32,000 nucleotides of DNA, from contig NC_010296.1 in NCBI RefSeq assembly GCF_000010625.1, forward strand, positions 1,020,001 through 1,052,000, given 5' to 3'. The notes below the pieces were generated by a model. It had not been told where the DNA came from, did not search any database, and saw only the letters and a program-made list of their open reading frames with translations. Below, one piece after another: positions 8,966 to 18,020 of this stretch (its first letter is position 1; every line of letters begins with the position of its first letter). The stretch is from Microcystis aeruginosa NIES-843 (GTDB taxonomy: Bacteria > Cyanobacteriota > Cyanobacteriia > Cyanobacteriales > Microcystaceae). The translations under genes and the position numbers were made by a program.

Positions 8966-9180
8966 AGGGTTGGCTGAATAAATCTAAAAACCTTGTTGGG
9001 TAAGACTTTTAGACTTTTTGTCAATCAAAAAGTACCAGCGATTGGAGTGATCAGGGGGAAAATTCAGGGACTTTTTCCCTGAAAATTAGGTAATTGGCCA
9101 CCTCAAAACCGGTAAAACCCCACACCCCACACCCCACACCCCACACCCTGCCCCCAGGAAAAACTTTTTCAGCAGACCCT
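8966..9180. mobile_element. MITE-A copy 2 (215 bp), inverted relative to copy 1
   Basis: Its reverse complement aligns end to end with 276-490, including the (CCCCACA)n run and the TIRs (agggttggctgaa / ttcagcagaccct). Flanks are (g/c)tatttag on both sides, a 7-of-8 bp TSD candidate. Confidence 0.85.
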
Positions 9181-9196
9181 ATTTAGTCAGTTAAAT

Positions 9197-10702
9197 CTAC
9201 ATTTCGTAGCCAAACTTATTGGCATCTACTTCTTGTAAATTAATATCGATTAAACCGTATTCTAACCAGCGTTGGGAAACCTTGACCGCCATGGCAGGAT
9301 CCGACTCCAAAGGTTCCCCCCATTCGTGGTCGGTTTCGGGATACATTTTAGTGGTGGCATCAATTCCCATTCTCCCCCCCAAACCGACCTTTTCGCTGGC
9401 AAAATCGAGGCTATCAAAGGGGGTTTCCGGGAGAATAAACACATCGCGAACCGGATCCACTTTAGAACTAATTGCCCAAACCACTTGCCGGGGGTCGCGA
9501 ATATTAATCTCCTTATCGACGACGATGACAAATTTAGTATAGGTGAACTGGGGTAAGGCACTCCAAAAAGCTAAGGCCGCTCGCCGCGCTTGTCCGGGAT
9601 AGGCTTTATCAATGGAGATAATCGCCGCTTTATAGCTTAAAGCTTCCATCGGCAGGAAAAAATCCCTGATTTCCGACACCTGTTGCCGTAAAATCGGCGT
9701 ATAAATACGATTAAGAGCGATCGCCATCATCGCTTCTTCCTTGGGAGGACGACCACTAAAAGTGGTCAAATAAATGGGGTCACGACGATGGGTCATGCAG
9801 TGGAAATGAATCAGGGGTGAATCTTCCACACCGCCATAGTAACCCATGTGATCACCAAAGGGTCCATCTGGCAATACCTCTCCGGGAGTAATTGTTCCTT
9901 CGAGGACGATTTCTGAGTCGGCCGGCACTTCCAAAGCAAGGGTTTTACATTTGGCTAACTGTACCCCGGAACCGCCGTACAATCCCGCAAACAGCCATTC
10001 GGAGAGATCTACGGGGATAGGAGTGGCAGCGGCCATGATAATCAGAGGATCTACCCCTAAAGCGATGGCTATTTCTAATTTTTTGCCCATCTGTGCCGCT
10101 TTTCGCAGGTGACGCGCCCCACCGCGCACGGACAACCAGTGGACGGTCATGGTATTGTGAGACTGTAGCTGTAGGCGATAGACACCGACATTAGGGGTTC
10201 CCGTTTCGCAATCTTTAGTAATTACTAGCCCTAGGGTGATAATCTGGCCTGCATCGCCCGGATAGGGACGAATCATCGGAATTTTCTTTAAATCTACTTC
10301 ATCCCCTTCTAAAATCACCTGTTGACAGGCAGGAAAAAAGTTACGGTTGGGTTTCGCTTTCAGGACATCAAATAAAACTTTACCAAAATCGATCGCTTGG
10401 GAGAGTTTTTTCGGCGGTTTCGGTTGTTGCAAGAGGGCGAGTTTTTTGCCTAAATCTTCCAATTCTTCGGGTTTATTCAGGTTCATCGCCCAACAGATGC
10501 GTTCTACCGTTCCCATCAGGTTAATAGCGACGGGAAACTCTGCTCCTTGCACGTTTTCAAACAGTAGGGCCGGTCCCCCCACCTGCAGCATCCGATTAGC
10601 GATCTCGGCAATTTCTAAATCGGCAGAGACCGATGCACTAATGCGGCGTAATTGGCCACGATCTTCTAAAAGCTTAATAAATCCTCGTAAGTCTCTAGCC
10701 AT
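9197..10702 (-). CDS. UbiD-family (prenylated-FMN dependent) aromatic acid decarboxylase, 501 aa
   Basis: Full-length resemblance to UbiD-type decarboxylases (N-terminal MARDLRGFIKLLE..GQL.RI; central GG.RH..K). In cyanobacteria this family is linked to plastoquinone biosynthesis. Confidence 0.85.
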   Translation of the reverse strand: MARDLRGFIKLLEDRGQLRRISASVSADLEIAEIANRMLQVGGPALLFENVQGAEFPVAINLMGTVERICWAMNLNKPEELEDLGKKLALLQQPKPPKKLSQAIDFGKVLFDVLKAKPNRNFFPACQQVILEGDEVDLKKIPMIRPYPGDAGQIITLGLVITKDCETGTPNVGVYRLQLQSHNTMTVHWLSVRGGARHLRKAAQMGKKLEIAIALGVDPLIIMAAATPIPVDLSEWLFAGLYGGSGVQLAKCKTLALEVPADSEIVLEGTITPGEVLPDGPFGDHMGYYGGVEDSPLIHFHCMTHRRDPIYLTTFSGRPPKEEAMMAIALNRIYTPILRQQVSEIRDFFLPMEALSYKAAIISIDKAYPGQARRAALAFWSALPQFTYTKFVIVVDKEINIRDPRQVVWAISSKVDPVRDVFILPETPFDSLDFASEKVGLGGRMGIDATTKMYPETDHEWGEPLESDPAMAVKVSQRWLEYGLIDINLQEVDANKFGYEM

Positions 10703-10882
10703 GATGAAGAAATGTAAATAAATCCCTCTCTCTATTATCTCTTAGGGCGGCAGTTTCGGTGGGGGATAGTCACCGGTTTGAGAGTTGGAGGCGATTCTCG
10801 TCTAGAATTAAGTAAAAAAATCCCCATCTCGCCAGCTTCATTCCTACCCCTAAATTTATGCTTATTCAGCCCGGAGGTCAAC

Positions 10883-11977
10883 ATGATTAAGGATATTGAA
10901 ATTAGTAATTTTAGATGTTTTGAGCATACCAAAATTGAAGGTTTTGAGCGAGTTAATTTAATTGGTGGTAAAAACAATTCAGGGAAAACTGCCTTGTTAG
11001 AGGCAATATTTTTATATAGTTATCCCTATCCAAATACTATTCATCCCTACATCAGAGGAATCATTCGTAGGCAATCTTTAGCAGTTGTTCAGGCTGTTCC
11101 CAAAAATGCCTGGGATAATTTATTATTCAATCTTGATAGAGAAAATATTATTGAGTTAAAAGGCTCCCAATCTAATCAAGGGGATAAATTGGTAAAAATA
11201 TCGATTTCCGATTCTCTTAAAGATAGCGTTTTAGGAATCTCTGAAGACTTACAAAAATTATACGATTTTATCGCTAAAAATAAATCAGTTATTTCTATCT
11301 TAAATATTCACACAAGTTTTGACCATGATAATGACTCAAATGATGGTCAACTGAACTATTTTTTAATTGCTAGTTCTGAGGGAATACTCGCTTTGCCTGA
11401 TGCGGGTGATGAGGAACCAGTAATCATTGCCGCATCTGTCAATAAATCTTTGGAAGAATTGAGCGAGTCCTATACTAAAATAGTTTTTAATGAACAGGAA
11501 GAAGAAGTGCTAAAAGCTCTACAAATTCTCGATCCGTCCATTGAAAAAATAGAAAGTTTTTTTCTGGGTGAACCAAATTTATATCTGAAAAGAAAAGAGA
11601 GAAAACGCCTACCCATATCTCTGTTTGGTGAAGCTATTAATCGTCTGATAGAGATGATTTTTGCTCTACTCATCAATCCTAAAAAAATTATTTTTATCGA
11701 TGAAATAGAAAATGGTCTTCACTATACTGCTTACCCAGATATTTGGAAAACTTTATTCCGATTAGCTATCGAACTAGATAGCCAAATTTTTGCCACAACC
11801 CACAGTTTAGAGATGATCCAAGCTTTTGCCGATGTGGGGTTAGAATATTATCCAGAAGAGGGGGCCTATTTTGAACTAGCAAGGAGTCCCAGAACTGATA
11901 AAATTATCGGTATTAAAAGTGAATTAGATATCTTAGATTACGCTCTCAAGCATAATGATCGAATCAGAGGTGAGTAG
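10883..11977 (+). CDS. ABC/AAA-type ATPase of the AAA_15/AAA_21 (OLD N-terminal-like) kind, 364 aa
   Basis: ATG at 10883 follows GGAGG (10874-10878). N-terminal MIKDIEISNFRCF..., Walker A GGKNNSGKTALLEA, signature-like SLFGEAINRL, Walker B IIFIDEIENGLH, then FATTHS. The upstream extension to 10778 lacks an RBS and any conserved look. Confidence 0.8.
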   Translation: MIKDIEISNFRCFEHTKIEGFERVNLIGGKNNSGKTALLEAIFLYSYPYPNTIHPYIRGIIRRQSLAVVQAVPKNAWDNLLFNLDRENIIELKGSQSNQGDKLVKISISDSLKDSVLGISEDLQKLYDFIAKNKSVISILNIHTSFDHDNDSNDGQLNYFLIASSEGILALPDAGDEEPVIIAASVNKSLEELSESYTKIVFNEQEEEVLKALQILDPSIEKIESFFLGEPNLYLKRKERKRLPISLFGEAINRLIEMIFALLINPKKIIFIDEIENGLHYTAYPDIWKTLFRLAIELDSQIFATTHSLEMIQAFADVGLEYYPEEGAYFELARSPRTDKIIGIKSELDILDYALKHNDRIRGE

Positions 11978-12849
11978 AATCGTGGCTAATGTAATAATTG
12001 TTGAAAGTCAAGATGATGCGGCTTTTTTACGAGCTATTATTGAGCATATTAATGAATCGAATCATTTAACGATAACTATTGTTGAATTTTATATTCTAGA
12101 CGGAATAGAACGAGAAAATTATCGTAGCCTTGAACAACGACTGAAACGACTTAATAACGGGAGCATCTCACCTTTGCAATGAGCATAAATACTTAGTGGA
12201 AAAATAGGCTTTTCGAGGGTAATTCTTGTTTTAATTCTCCATGTACGCAGTCTTTAAAAGCCTCTATTTCGTTCCAAGACACGATTAAGAGTGGCTTTTA
12301 GGCTAAGTATAATTACTTATCGCGTAAGTGAGATGCTCCCTTAATAACACCCTGCTCAAAGATGATATTCAAAAGATAGGTATTGTTTTAGATTTAGACG
12401 AACAAACCAGACAAGAAAGACTTGCTCTGGTTAGTCAATGTATTCAAAGAGTTTTTAGAGAAGCAGTCAGGATAGATGATACCCAAAAGCTATTTCAATT
12501 AAATGCTTCTACGAATACTCAAATAGGTTGTCATTTTCTTCATGTTAATGAACAGGGGGAACTAGAGACAGTGTTGAGAGAAATTAAAACCCAAGATTCT
12601 CCCCATGCTGATTGTGTAGAAGCTTGGCGATCCTGTCTTGCACAAAAAAATATTGATATAAATCGTAAAAAAATTGATAAATTGTGGATTCAAAACTATA
12701 TCAGGGAAGATACACCATCACAGAATGAAAAAAGAGAGGCTAAGAAATATTGTAATTTATCCCATGCTTTAACCAAAAAAGACATTTGGAACTTTGAGCA
12801 TGAAGTATTAAATGAACTCAAAGAATTTTTACAACTATTTGCTGTCTAA
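11955..12849 (+). pseudogene. Toprim-like partner of the ATPase (DUF4435/DUF4276/DUF3226/RloB-like class), interrupted by a 182-bp MITE; reconstructs to 234 aa
   Basis: It overlaps the ATPase stop by 23 nt. The N-terminus NVIIVESQDDAAFL and the downstream IGIVLDLDEQ give an E...DxD Toprim-like pattern. Removing 12159-12340 and one TSD copy joins ...EQRLKRLNN to TLLKDDIQK... in frame (checked codon by codon). Confidence 0.7.
12159..12340. mobile_element. MITE (182 bp) with 13-bp perfect TIRs gggagcatctcac / gtgagatgctccc and an 8-bp TSD ttaataac
   Basis: TIRs at 12159-12171 and 12328-12340. TSD at 12151-12158 and 12341-12348. No coding capacity. It introduces a stop after 7 extra codons. Confidence 0.9.
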
Positions 12850-12850
12850 T

Positions 12851-12879
12851 CAAAAATCCCCCTAGAAATCTAGAGGGAT
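12851..12879 (-). terminator. Terminator hairpin for psbV, shared with the convergent plus-strand gene
   Basis: Stem atccccctag / ctagagggat (one mismatch) with a 4-nt loop. On the minus strand it is followed by TTTTT. It lies between the stops at 12849 (+) and 12902 (-). Confidence 0.65.
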
Positions 12880-12901
12880 TGAGAGATATATGGAGGGCAA
12901 T

Positions 12902-13387
12902 TTAGAAGTAAATTGTACCCCCCCAGCGCTCGTCTAGACGGGGAGCAACCAACATATAAGCGGCGACGTTATACACATCATCTTCGGTCAGATTGCGTAA
13001 TTCTGGGAAGATATCCGGACGGCTAACATTGGGATGGAGTTCGCTTAGATCATCTTCACCATCGTAACTGGTGGGATGTTCTAGATAATCAATCAATGCT
13101 AACAGATTATCTCTGGGAGGTTCCGCTTTTGCTAGATCACCCAGACCCAAACTGACGTTATTATTAGTTTTGGTTTTACCTTGCAGGTGACACTTAGTAC
13201 AATTGGCGACAAAAAGTTTCTGTCCTTCCGTCGCTTGTTCAGAAGTCAAAGTCACCGATTCCCCTGCGTCATTGAGGGTGATGGTGAGGGTTTTTTCATT
13301 GAGTTCTAAGGCACTAGCGCCGTTAAGATTGAATTGTAATACAAAAAAGACTACAGCGATCGCTGCTACAATCAAACGTTTGATCAT
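12902..13387 (-). CDS. psbV: Photosystem II cytochrome c-550
   Basis: Signal peptide, haem-binding CTKCH, and a C-terminus ...RLDERWGGTIYF typical of PsbV. Confidence 0.95.
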   Translation of the reverse strand: MIKRLIVAAIAVVFFVLQFNLNGASALELNEKTLTITLNDAGESVTLTSEQATEGQKLFVANCTKCHLQGKTKTNNNVSLGLGDLAKAEPPRDNLLALIDYLEHPTSYDGEDDLSELHPNVSRPDIFPELRNLTEDDVYNVAAYMLVAPRLDERWGGTIYF

Positions 13388-13515
13388 TGTTCTCCTACTC
13401 GCAATTGTTCCAAGAAAGGGGATTTTAAGGTGACTAAAAAATTTTCTCCTCTGGGAGGGTATCGATCGATTCTAAGTGATCACGGACACCGAGAAGATCG
13501 CAGTTGGGAATAAAG

Positions 13516-13722
13516 TCAAGGGGACGTTTCCGTTTTAGAGGCGGTTACTCCTGAGCGTTGGGATAAAATCAGTGAGATAATTGCTTTAGCATCTTCTAGG
13601 GCGAGATTAGTCTGCCGATCTTTATAGGAGATGCCTAATTGGTCGCAAAGTGACAACACAGATTCATCGGCCAGATCGTACTCTGCCGCAATATCAGCGA
13701 TCGATAGATCAGCAAAACCCAT
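13516..13722 (-). CDS. Small conserved protein, 68 aa (possibly an IF2 N-terminal-like helical domain)
   Basis: Clean ORF with a plausible compact helical sequence (DLSIADIAAEYDL..ESVLSLCDQLGI). The family assignment is from memory only. Confidence 0.55.
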   Translation of the reverse strand: MGFADLSIADIAAEYDLADESVLSLCDQLGISYKDRQTNLALEDAKAIISLILSQRSGVTASKTETSP

Positions 13723-13800
13723 AGTCTAACACACCCACCAAGGATAGAGAATACTTATTAGTCACCATAATTATCATGCCATTGCCGGGGACATTCTTAA

Positions 13801-13899
13801 CAGTGATCAGTTATCAGTGATCAGTGATCAGTGATCAGTTGTGAGTTTTCAGTTCACTGATTACTGTTTACTGTTTACTGATCACTGAAAAAAGCTCCC
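13801..13899. repeat. Heptamer-repeat hairpin element H1: (cagtgat/cagttat)n arm, spacer, complementary (actgatc/actgttt)n arm, then tgaaaaaagctccc
   Basis: Read directly. The arms are mutually complementary. The same architecture recurs at 19344-19469 and 31005-31226. Confidence 0.85.
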
Positions 13900-13903
13900 A
13901 TCA

Positions 13904-13965
13904 CCCTAAACCCCATCTCCCCACACCCCACACCCTACACCCCACACCCTACACCCCATTCCCCC
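13904..13965. repeat. C-rich degenerate repeat (ccccaca / ccctaca units), giving G-runs on the minus strand
   Basis: ccctaaaccccatctccccacaccccacaccctacaccccacaccctacaccccattccccc was read directly. It is related to the run inside MITE-A. Confidence 0.8.
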
Positions 13966-14177
13966 AAAATTCCCTAATTTTCCCGACTTTTGCCTTTTTA
14001 TTCCCTAAGATAGAGACTCGTGTAAACAAATTTAATTAAAATCGCAAAAAACCTGAAAAAATACTAAAATGTGATTAAGAATGTTATTTTTAGCGTTGTA
14101 AGGCTAAATCTTTCTCGATAACATTGTAATCATACCTCCACACTCTTTTGTACAAAGGACTGCACCTTTGTTAACTT

Positions 14178-14447
14178 ATGGATATACAACTGATCAACAT
14201 CGGCTTCGGTAATATTGTTTCCGCTAATCGGGTTATCGCCATCGTTAGCCCAGAATCTGCTCCTATCAAACGCATCATCAGTGATGCTCGGGATAAAGGC
14301 TGTTTAATCGATGCTACCTACGGAAGACGGACTCGTGCGGTGATCATCACCGATTCTAGTCATGTAGTGCTGTCGGCCATTCAACCGGAAACCGTGGCTC
14401 ACCGTTTCGTGGTCAACAAGGAAGCGCCTGTTAATAGTAGCAACTAA
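14178..14447 (+). CDS. remA: RemA/DUF370-family regulator
   Basis: The 89-aa sequence [30 protein letters not shown]...A......IDAT.GR.TRAV is characteristic. Conserved remA-gmk adjacency. Confidence 0.9.
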   Translation: MDIQLINIGFGNIVSANRVIAIVSPESAPIKRIISDARDKGCLIDATYGRRTRAVIITDSSHVVLSAIQPETVAHRFVVNKEAPVNSSN

Positions 14448-14459
14448 GTCATTAACCCC

Positions 14460-15014
14460 ATGCAACCCGGTCAATTAATTGTCATTACCGGCCCTAGCGG
14501 TGTGGGCAAGGGTACGCTAGTCCGGCATTTACTAACTCGTTTCCCTAACCTCTACCTGTCCGTATCCGCCACTACGCGCCCACCTCGACCGGGTGAAATT
14601 GAGGGGGAAGATTACTACTTTCTCGACCGTCCCAGTTTCGAGGAGAAAATGGCAGCCGGAGAATTTCTAGAATCGGCCGAATACGCGGGCAACTACTATG
14701 GGACACCCCAATCAGCGATCGCCGCTCAATTAGCAACAGGCCAGACCGTAATTCTAGAAATCGAATTGGAGGGAGCCAGACAGGTCTGTCAAAGCTTCCC
14801 CGAAGCGAGGAGAATCTTTATCCTACCCCCCAGTTTCGAGGAATTAGAACGTCGTTTGCGCGGCCGGGGCAAAGATGCCGAAACAGCGATCGCCCGCCGT
14901 CTAGAGCGCGCCCAAGAAGAATTAGCCGCCAGCGAGGAATTCCCCGATCAAATCGTCAACGATGACCTAGAAACCGCCCTAGATGCCATCGAGAAGATTA
15001 TTTTTAGCCGTTAG
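14460..15014 (+). CDS. gmk: Guanylate kinase
   Basis: P-loop GPSGVGKGT, with SATTRPPRPGE..G.DY.F and AEY.GNYYGT motifs. Confidence 0.95.
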   Translation: MQPGQLIVITGPSGVGKGTLVRHLLTRFPNLYLSVSATTRPPRPGEIEGEDYYFLDRPSFEEKMAAGEFLESAEYAGNYYGTPQSAIAAQLATGQTVILEIELEGARQVCQSFPEARRIFILPPSFEELERRLRGRGKDAETAIARRLERAQEELAASEEFPDQIVNDDLETALDAIEKIIFSR

Positions 15015-15015
15015 C

Positions 15016-15120
15016 TGTTGGGGTTTAGGTGTTGGGGTTTTAGGGGTTTTAGGGTTTTAGGGTTTTAGTTGAAATTTCCCACTTCCCCACTTCCCCTAAT
15101 CCTTATCCCCCATTCCCTAA
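15016..15120. repeat. G-rich degenerate tandem repeats (ttttaggg / gttgggg units) followed by a C-rich tract
   Basis: gttggggtttaggtgttggggttttaggggttttagggttttagggttttag, then cccacttccccacttcccctaatccttatccccc. It lies between the gmk stop and the IS left end. Confidence 0.85.
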
Positions 15121-15125
15121 GTTAC

Positions 15126-16624
15126 CTAAAATATCGGATGAATACCCCCGCTACATTTTTCGATAAGATACTCACAAAAATTAGCGGGGGATGAAATCCG
15201 ACCAGAATATCAATGACCCTGAGCGAAGTCGAAGGGTCAGCAACGGAGCATCGGTTTAATTCCACCATCTGTGGACAAACTGTGTTATAATCTACTTAAC
15301 CAATGGTCGAGAATTGTTAGATGCTAGTCGTAGAAGCAAAGCTAAAAAACGGGACACTAGAGCAATATCACCGGCTTGATGAAGCAATTAGAACATCTCA
15401 GTTTGTGCGTAACTCTTGTGTTCGTTATTGGATGGATCATAAGGGTACAACCCGCAATGATCTCCAAAAACTTTGCTCGGTACTAGCTAACAATAAAGAG
15501 ACCCCTTGGGTTAATAAATTAAACTCACAAGCACGTCAATCGGCTGCTGATAGAGCCTGGCAATCAATTAATCGGTTTTACCAGAATTGTCATGCCAAGA
15601 TACCGGGAAAAAAGGGGTTTCCTCGGTTCAAAAAGCATAGTCGTTCCGTTGAGTATAAACTAACAGGCTACCAACTATCTGATGATAGACGTAAAATCAG
15701 ATTTACTGATGGCTTTAAAGCAGGAGAATTTGATTTATGGTGTAGTCAAAAGACGTTAGTTTATTATTCAGAACAACAGATTAGACGGGTAAGAGTTGTT
15801 AGACGTGCTGACGGTTATTATTGCCAGTTTCTGATTGACGTAGAACGGCAAGAATACCATAAACCAACGGGACAAATAACAGGAATTGACTTAGGGTTAA
15901 AGGAATTTTATACCGATGCTCAAGGTAATACTGTAGAGAATCCACGTTATTTAAGAAAGTCAGAAAAACGACTTCAAAAAGCACAACGACGATTATCTAA
16001 GAAATTCCGTAAAGGAAAGAAACAGTCTAAAAACTATCATAAGCAACGGGTAAAGGTAGCCAAGCTTCATCTTAAAGTATCAAGACAACGTAAAGACAAA
16101 GCAATTAAAGACGCTTTGGCGTTAGTCCAGTCTAATGATCTGGTAGTCTATGAAGCTTTAAAGGTAAGAAACTTAGTCAAAAACCGTAAGCTTGCCAAGT
16201 CGATTTCCGATGCTTCTTGGTATCAATTCACTGAATGGTTGAATTATTTTGCTAAGATTTATCGGATTGTTTGTGTTGCTGTACCACCGCATTTCACTTC
16301 TCAAGATTGTTCAGTTTGTGGGACGAGAGTTCAAAAAACCTTAAGCACTAGAACTCATCAATGTCCTAATTGTCAAACAGTCTTAGATAGGGATCATAAT
16401 GCAGCAATAAATATTCTTAAAAAAGGGTTGAAATATTTGGGAAATCATCTCAACGGTACTGTTGGGCAAACAGAAACCGACCCAAACGCCTTGGGAGAGT
16501 CCGGCCTCTGGATTTTCAGTGGAGACATTGAGAATCTAAGCTGTCTCGTTGAACAAGGAATTTCCGATAGTGATCTGGAAAGAATCCCCCGTCACAGCGT
16601 AGCTTGACGGTGGGAGTATGTCAA
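15126..16624 (+). mobile_element. IS200/IS605-family tnpB-only element, copy 2, 1499 bp
   Basis: Preceded by TTAC (15122-15125) and ends in TCAA (16621-16624); these are the cleavage motifs I recall for IS608-type elements. Left-end hairpin cccccgcta / tagcggggg. Colinear with copy 1 at a constant 9808-bp offset from tnpB to the right end. The left end is ~32 bp longer because of a palindromic insert (15214-15239). Extended -10 TGtTATAAT lies near 15283-15291. Confidence 0.85.
15321..16607 (+). CDS. tnpB: TnpB (IS605 OrfB-type RNA-guided nuclease), 428 aa, about 95% identical to copy 1
   Basis: Same length as copy 1, with all RuvC and zinc-finger motifs intact. I counted roughly 22 amino-acid differences, mostly in the N-terminal two thirds. 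Confidence 0.9.
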   Translation: MLVVEAKLKNGTLEQYHRLDEAIRTSQFVRNSCVRYWMDHKGTTRNDLQKLCSVLANNKETPWVNKLNSQARQSAADRAWQSINRFYQNCHAKIPGKKGFPRFKKHSRSVEYKLTGYQLSDDRRKIRFTDGFKAGEFDLWCSQKTLVYYSEQQIRRVRVVRRADGYYCQFLIDVERQEYHKPTGQITGIDLGLKEFYTDAQGNTVENPRYLRKSEKRLQKAQRRLSKKFRKGKKQSKNYHKQRVKVAKLHLKVSRQRKDKAIKDALALVQSNDLVVYEALKVRNLVKNRKLAKSISDASWYQFTEWLNYFAKIYRIVCVAVPPHFTSQDCSVCGTRVQKTLSTRTHQCPNCQTVLDRDHNAAINILKKGLKYLGNHLNGTVGQTETDPNALGESGLWIFSGDIENLSCLVEQGISDSDLERIPRHSVA

Positions 16625-16644
16625 AATCAAAAAACTAACCGCAG
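16458..16644 (+). ncRNA. Predicted omega-RNA of TnpB copy 2, with guide aatcaaaaaactaaccgcag
   Basis: Same reasoning as for copy 1. The sequence from ~16100 to the right end is nearly identical between copies. The guide is the 20 nt after TCAA (16625-16644). The 5' end is undetermined. Confidence 0.5.
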
Positions 16645-16664
16645 CAGCAAGACAAGAAAGCGCA

Positions 16665-17267
16665 ATGATTCCTACCGTTATTGAAACCACAGGCCGGGGC
16701 GAACGCGCCTTCGATATCTACTCCCGACTACTCCGGGAAAGAATCGTCTTTTTGGGACAAGAAGTAACCAGCGACCTAGCTAACCTAATCGTCGCCCAAT
16801 TACTCTTTCTAGAAGCAGAAGACCCCGAAAAAGATATTTACTTGTATATCAACTCCCCCGGTGGTTCCGTTTCGGCCGGATTAGGGATTTTTGACACCAT
16901 GAATCAAATCCGTCCCGATGTCAGCACCATTTGTATTGGTTTAGCTGCCAGTATGGGGGCTTTTCTCCTCAGTGCCGGCAAACCGGGCAAAAGAATGAGC
17001 CTACCCAACTCGCGGATCATGATTCACCAACCCCTCGGCGGCGCCCAAGGTCAGGCCACCGATATCGAAATTCAGGCCAAAGAAATTCTCTATCTCAAAC
17101 AATTACTCAATGAACACCTAGCTAGTCATACGGGTAAACCTCTCGACCTCATCGCCGAGGATACGGAAAGGGATTTCTTTATGTCCGCCGAAGAAGCCCT
17201 AGACTATGGTTTAATCGATCAGGTGATCGATCGCAGTCCTTCCGCTTCTAACCCCCCCAGTAAATAG
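16665..17267 (+). CDS. clpP: ATP-dependent Clp protease proteolytic subunit
   Basis: Motifs ...[19 protein letters not shown]..., catalytic Ser context [11 protein letters not shown], and His context IMIHQP. Confidence 0.95.
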   Translation: MIPTVIETTGRGERAFDIYSRLLRERIVFLGQEVTSDLANLIVAQLLFLEAEDPEKDIYLYINSPGGSVSAGLGIFDTMNQIRPDVSTICIGLAASMGAFLLSAGKPGKRMSLPNSRIMIHQPLGGAQGQATDIEIQAKEILYLKQLLNEHLASHTGKPLDLIAEDTERDFFMSAEEALDYGLIDQVIDRSPSASNPPSK

Positions 17268-17274
17268 TTATGAT

Positions 17275-17302
17275 TGGGTAGGCTCTGTCTACCCAGATTT
17301 TT
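17275..17302 (+). terminator. Rho-independent terminator of clpP
   Basis: Perfect 7-bp stem tgggtag / ctaccca with a 7-nt loop, then gaTTTTT, 8 nt after the stop. Confidence 0.75.
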
Positions 17303-17478
17303 GTAAATATTTAGTAAGCGGAAATTAATCATCGATCGTCGTTATTAATATTAAATAACAATGAAAAGTTCTAGCGGATTGGGTTAAGATCGAGACGTAA
17401 CCCGAAGAAAATTGCAACAGGAATCGGTAGAAACCCCCCGGTGGGTTATAAAAGGAAATTTTTTTACTGGCAATCCCT

Positions 17479-17940
17479 ATGAACTATCATCCACCCTCAC
17501 AGCCCCTGCCCGCCCCCTGTATTATTGATTCTGGCGTGGTCATCGCTAAAGAAGATATGCGTCGTCTCCTCGATGATCTCGGACGAGTTCGCTACATCCA
17601 TAGTCTCGAAGGAGTGATTCAGAGTGAAGGGGAGGGATGGATAGTGGAAGTTTTCGCCGATTATCAGCAAAGCACCCTAGTTGCTAACTACAGTCTTTAT
17701 CTCAATACCTATAGCTTCGATTGTCTGCGTTTAACCCGCTCTCCCGACGGTGAAACCTATTTTGATCTGATCCAAGACAATCGGCAATTACGGCTAATTC
17801 CCCTGAGTAATCCACTCCAAGACCCCGATATGAAAGCCCGTCTCAATGCCGATACCCTCGAAGCCATGGTTACTCAGGTACTTTCTGCTAAGTGGGATGT
17901 GCAGTTTGAAGACGAAGACGACAACGATTGCCCCTTTTAG
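17479..17940 (+). CDS. Hypothetical protein, 153 aa, with an acidic C-terminus
   Basis: Clean ORF with a compositionally normal sequence. I recognise no family. Confidence 0.55.
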   Translation: MNYHPPSQPLPAPCIIDSGVVIAKEDMRRLLDDLGRVRYIHSLEGVIQSEGEGWIVEVFADYQQSTLVANYSLYLNTYSFDCLRLTRSPDGETYFDLIQDNRQLRLIPLSNPLQDPDMKARLNADTLEAMVTQVLSAKWDVQFEDEDDNDCPF

Positions 17941-17956
17941 GCAGCGAGCAAAAATA

Positions 17957-18017
17957 CTGGTTACTGATAACTGATAACTGGTTACTGATAACTGATAACT
18001 GATAACTGATAACTGAA
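17957..18017. repeat. Heptamer tandem repeat (ctgataa / ctggtta units, about 8 copies), single arm
   Basis: Read directly. It abuts the GTG start of tgt (18021). Confidence 0.9.
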
Positions 18018-18020
18018 ACA

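Noticed and set aside
747-10721. Numerous 60-125-aa ORFs antisense to or overlapping the M48, vWA, ndhK, ubiD and tnpB genes (e.g. 747..1079, 4030..4335, 7522..8049, 7907..8272, 9219..9561, 10347..10721)
   Set aside because: Each lies wholly within a well-supported gene in another frame or on the other strand, and none has independent signals.
10778-10882. N-terminal 35-codon extension of the ATPase ORF
   Set aside because: It starts at a non-ATG codon in the track, is low-complexity, and the conserved MIKDIEISNFRCF start with GGAGG lies at 10883.
13801-13899. Possible CRISPR arrays at the heptamer repeat tracts (also 17957-18017, 19344-19469, 31005-31226)
   Set aside because: The units are 7 bp and directly abutting with no spacers, and the arms are complementary hairpins. 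This is STRR-like simple repeat structure, not a repeat-spacer array.
5350-16624. A composite transposon formed by the two TnpB elements
   Set aside because: IS200/IS605 elements move as single-strand circles from defined left and right ends and do not mobilise intervening DNA. The interval contains core genes in conserved operons.
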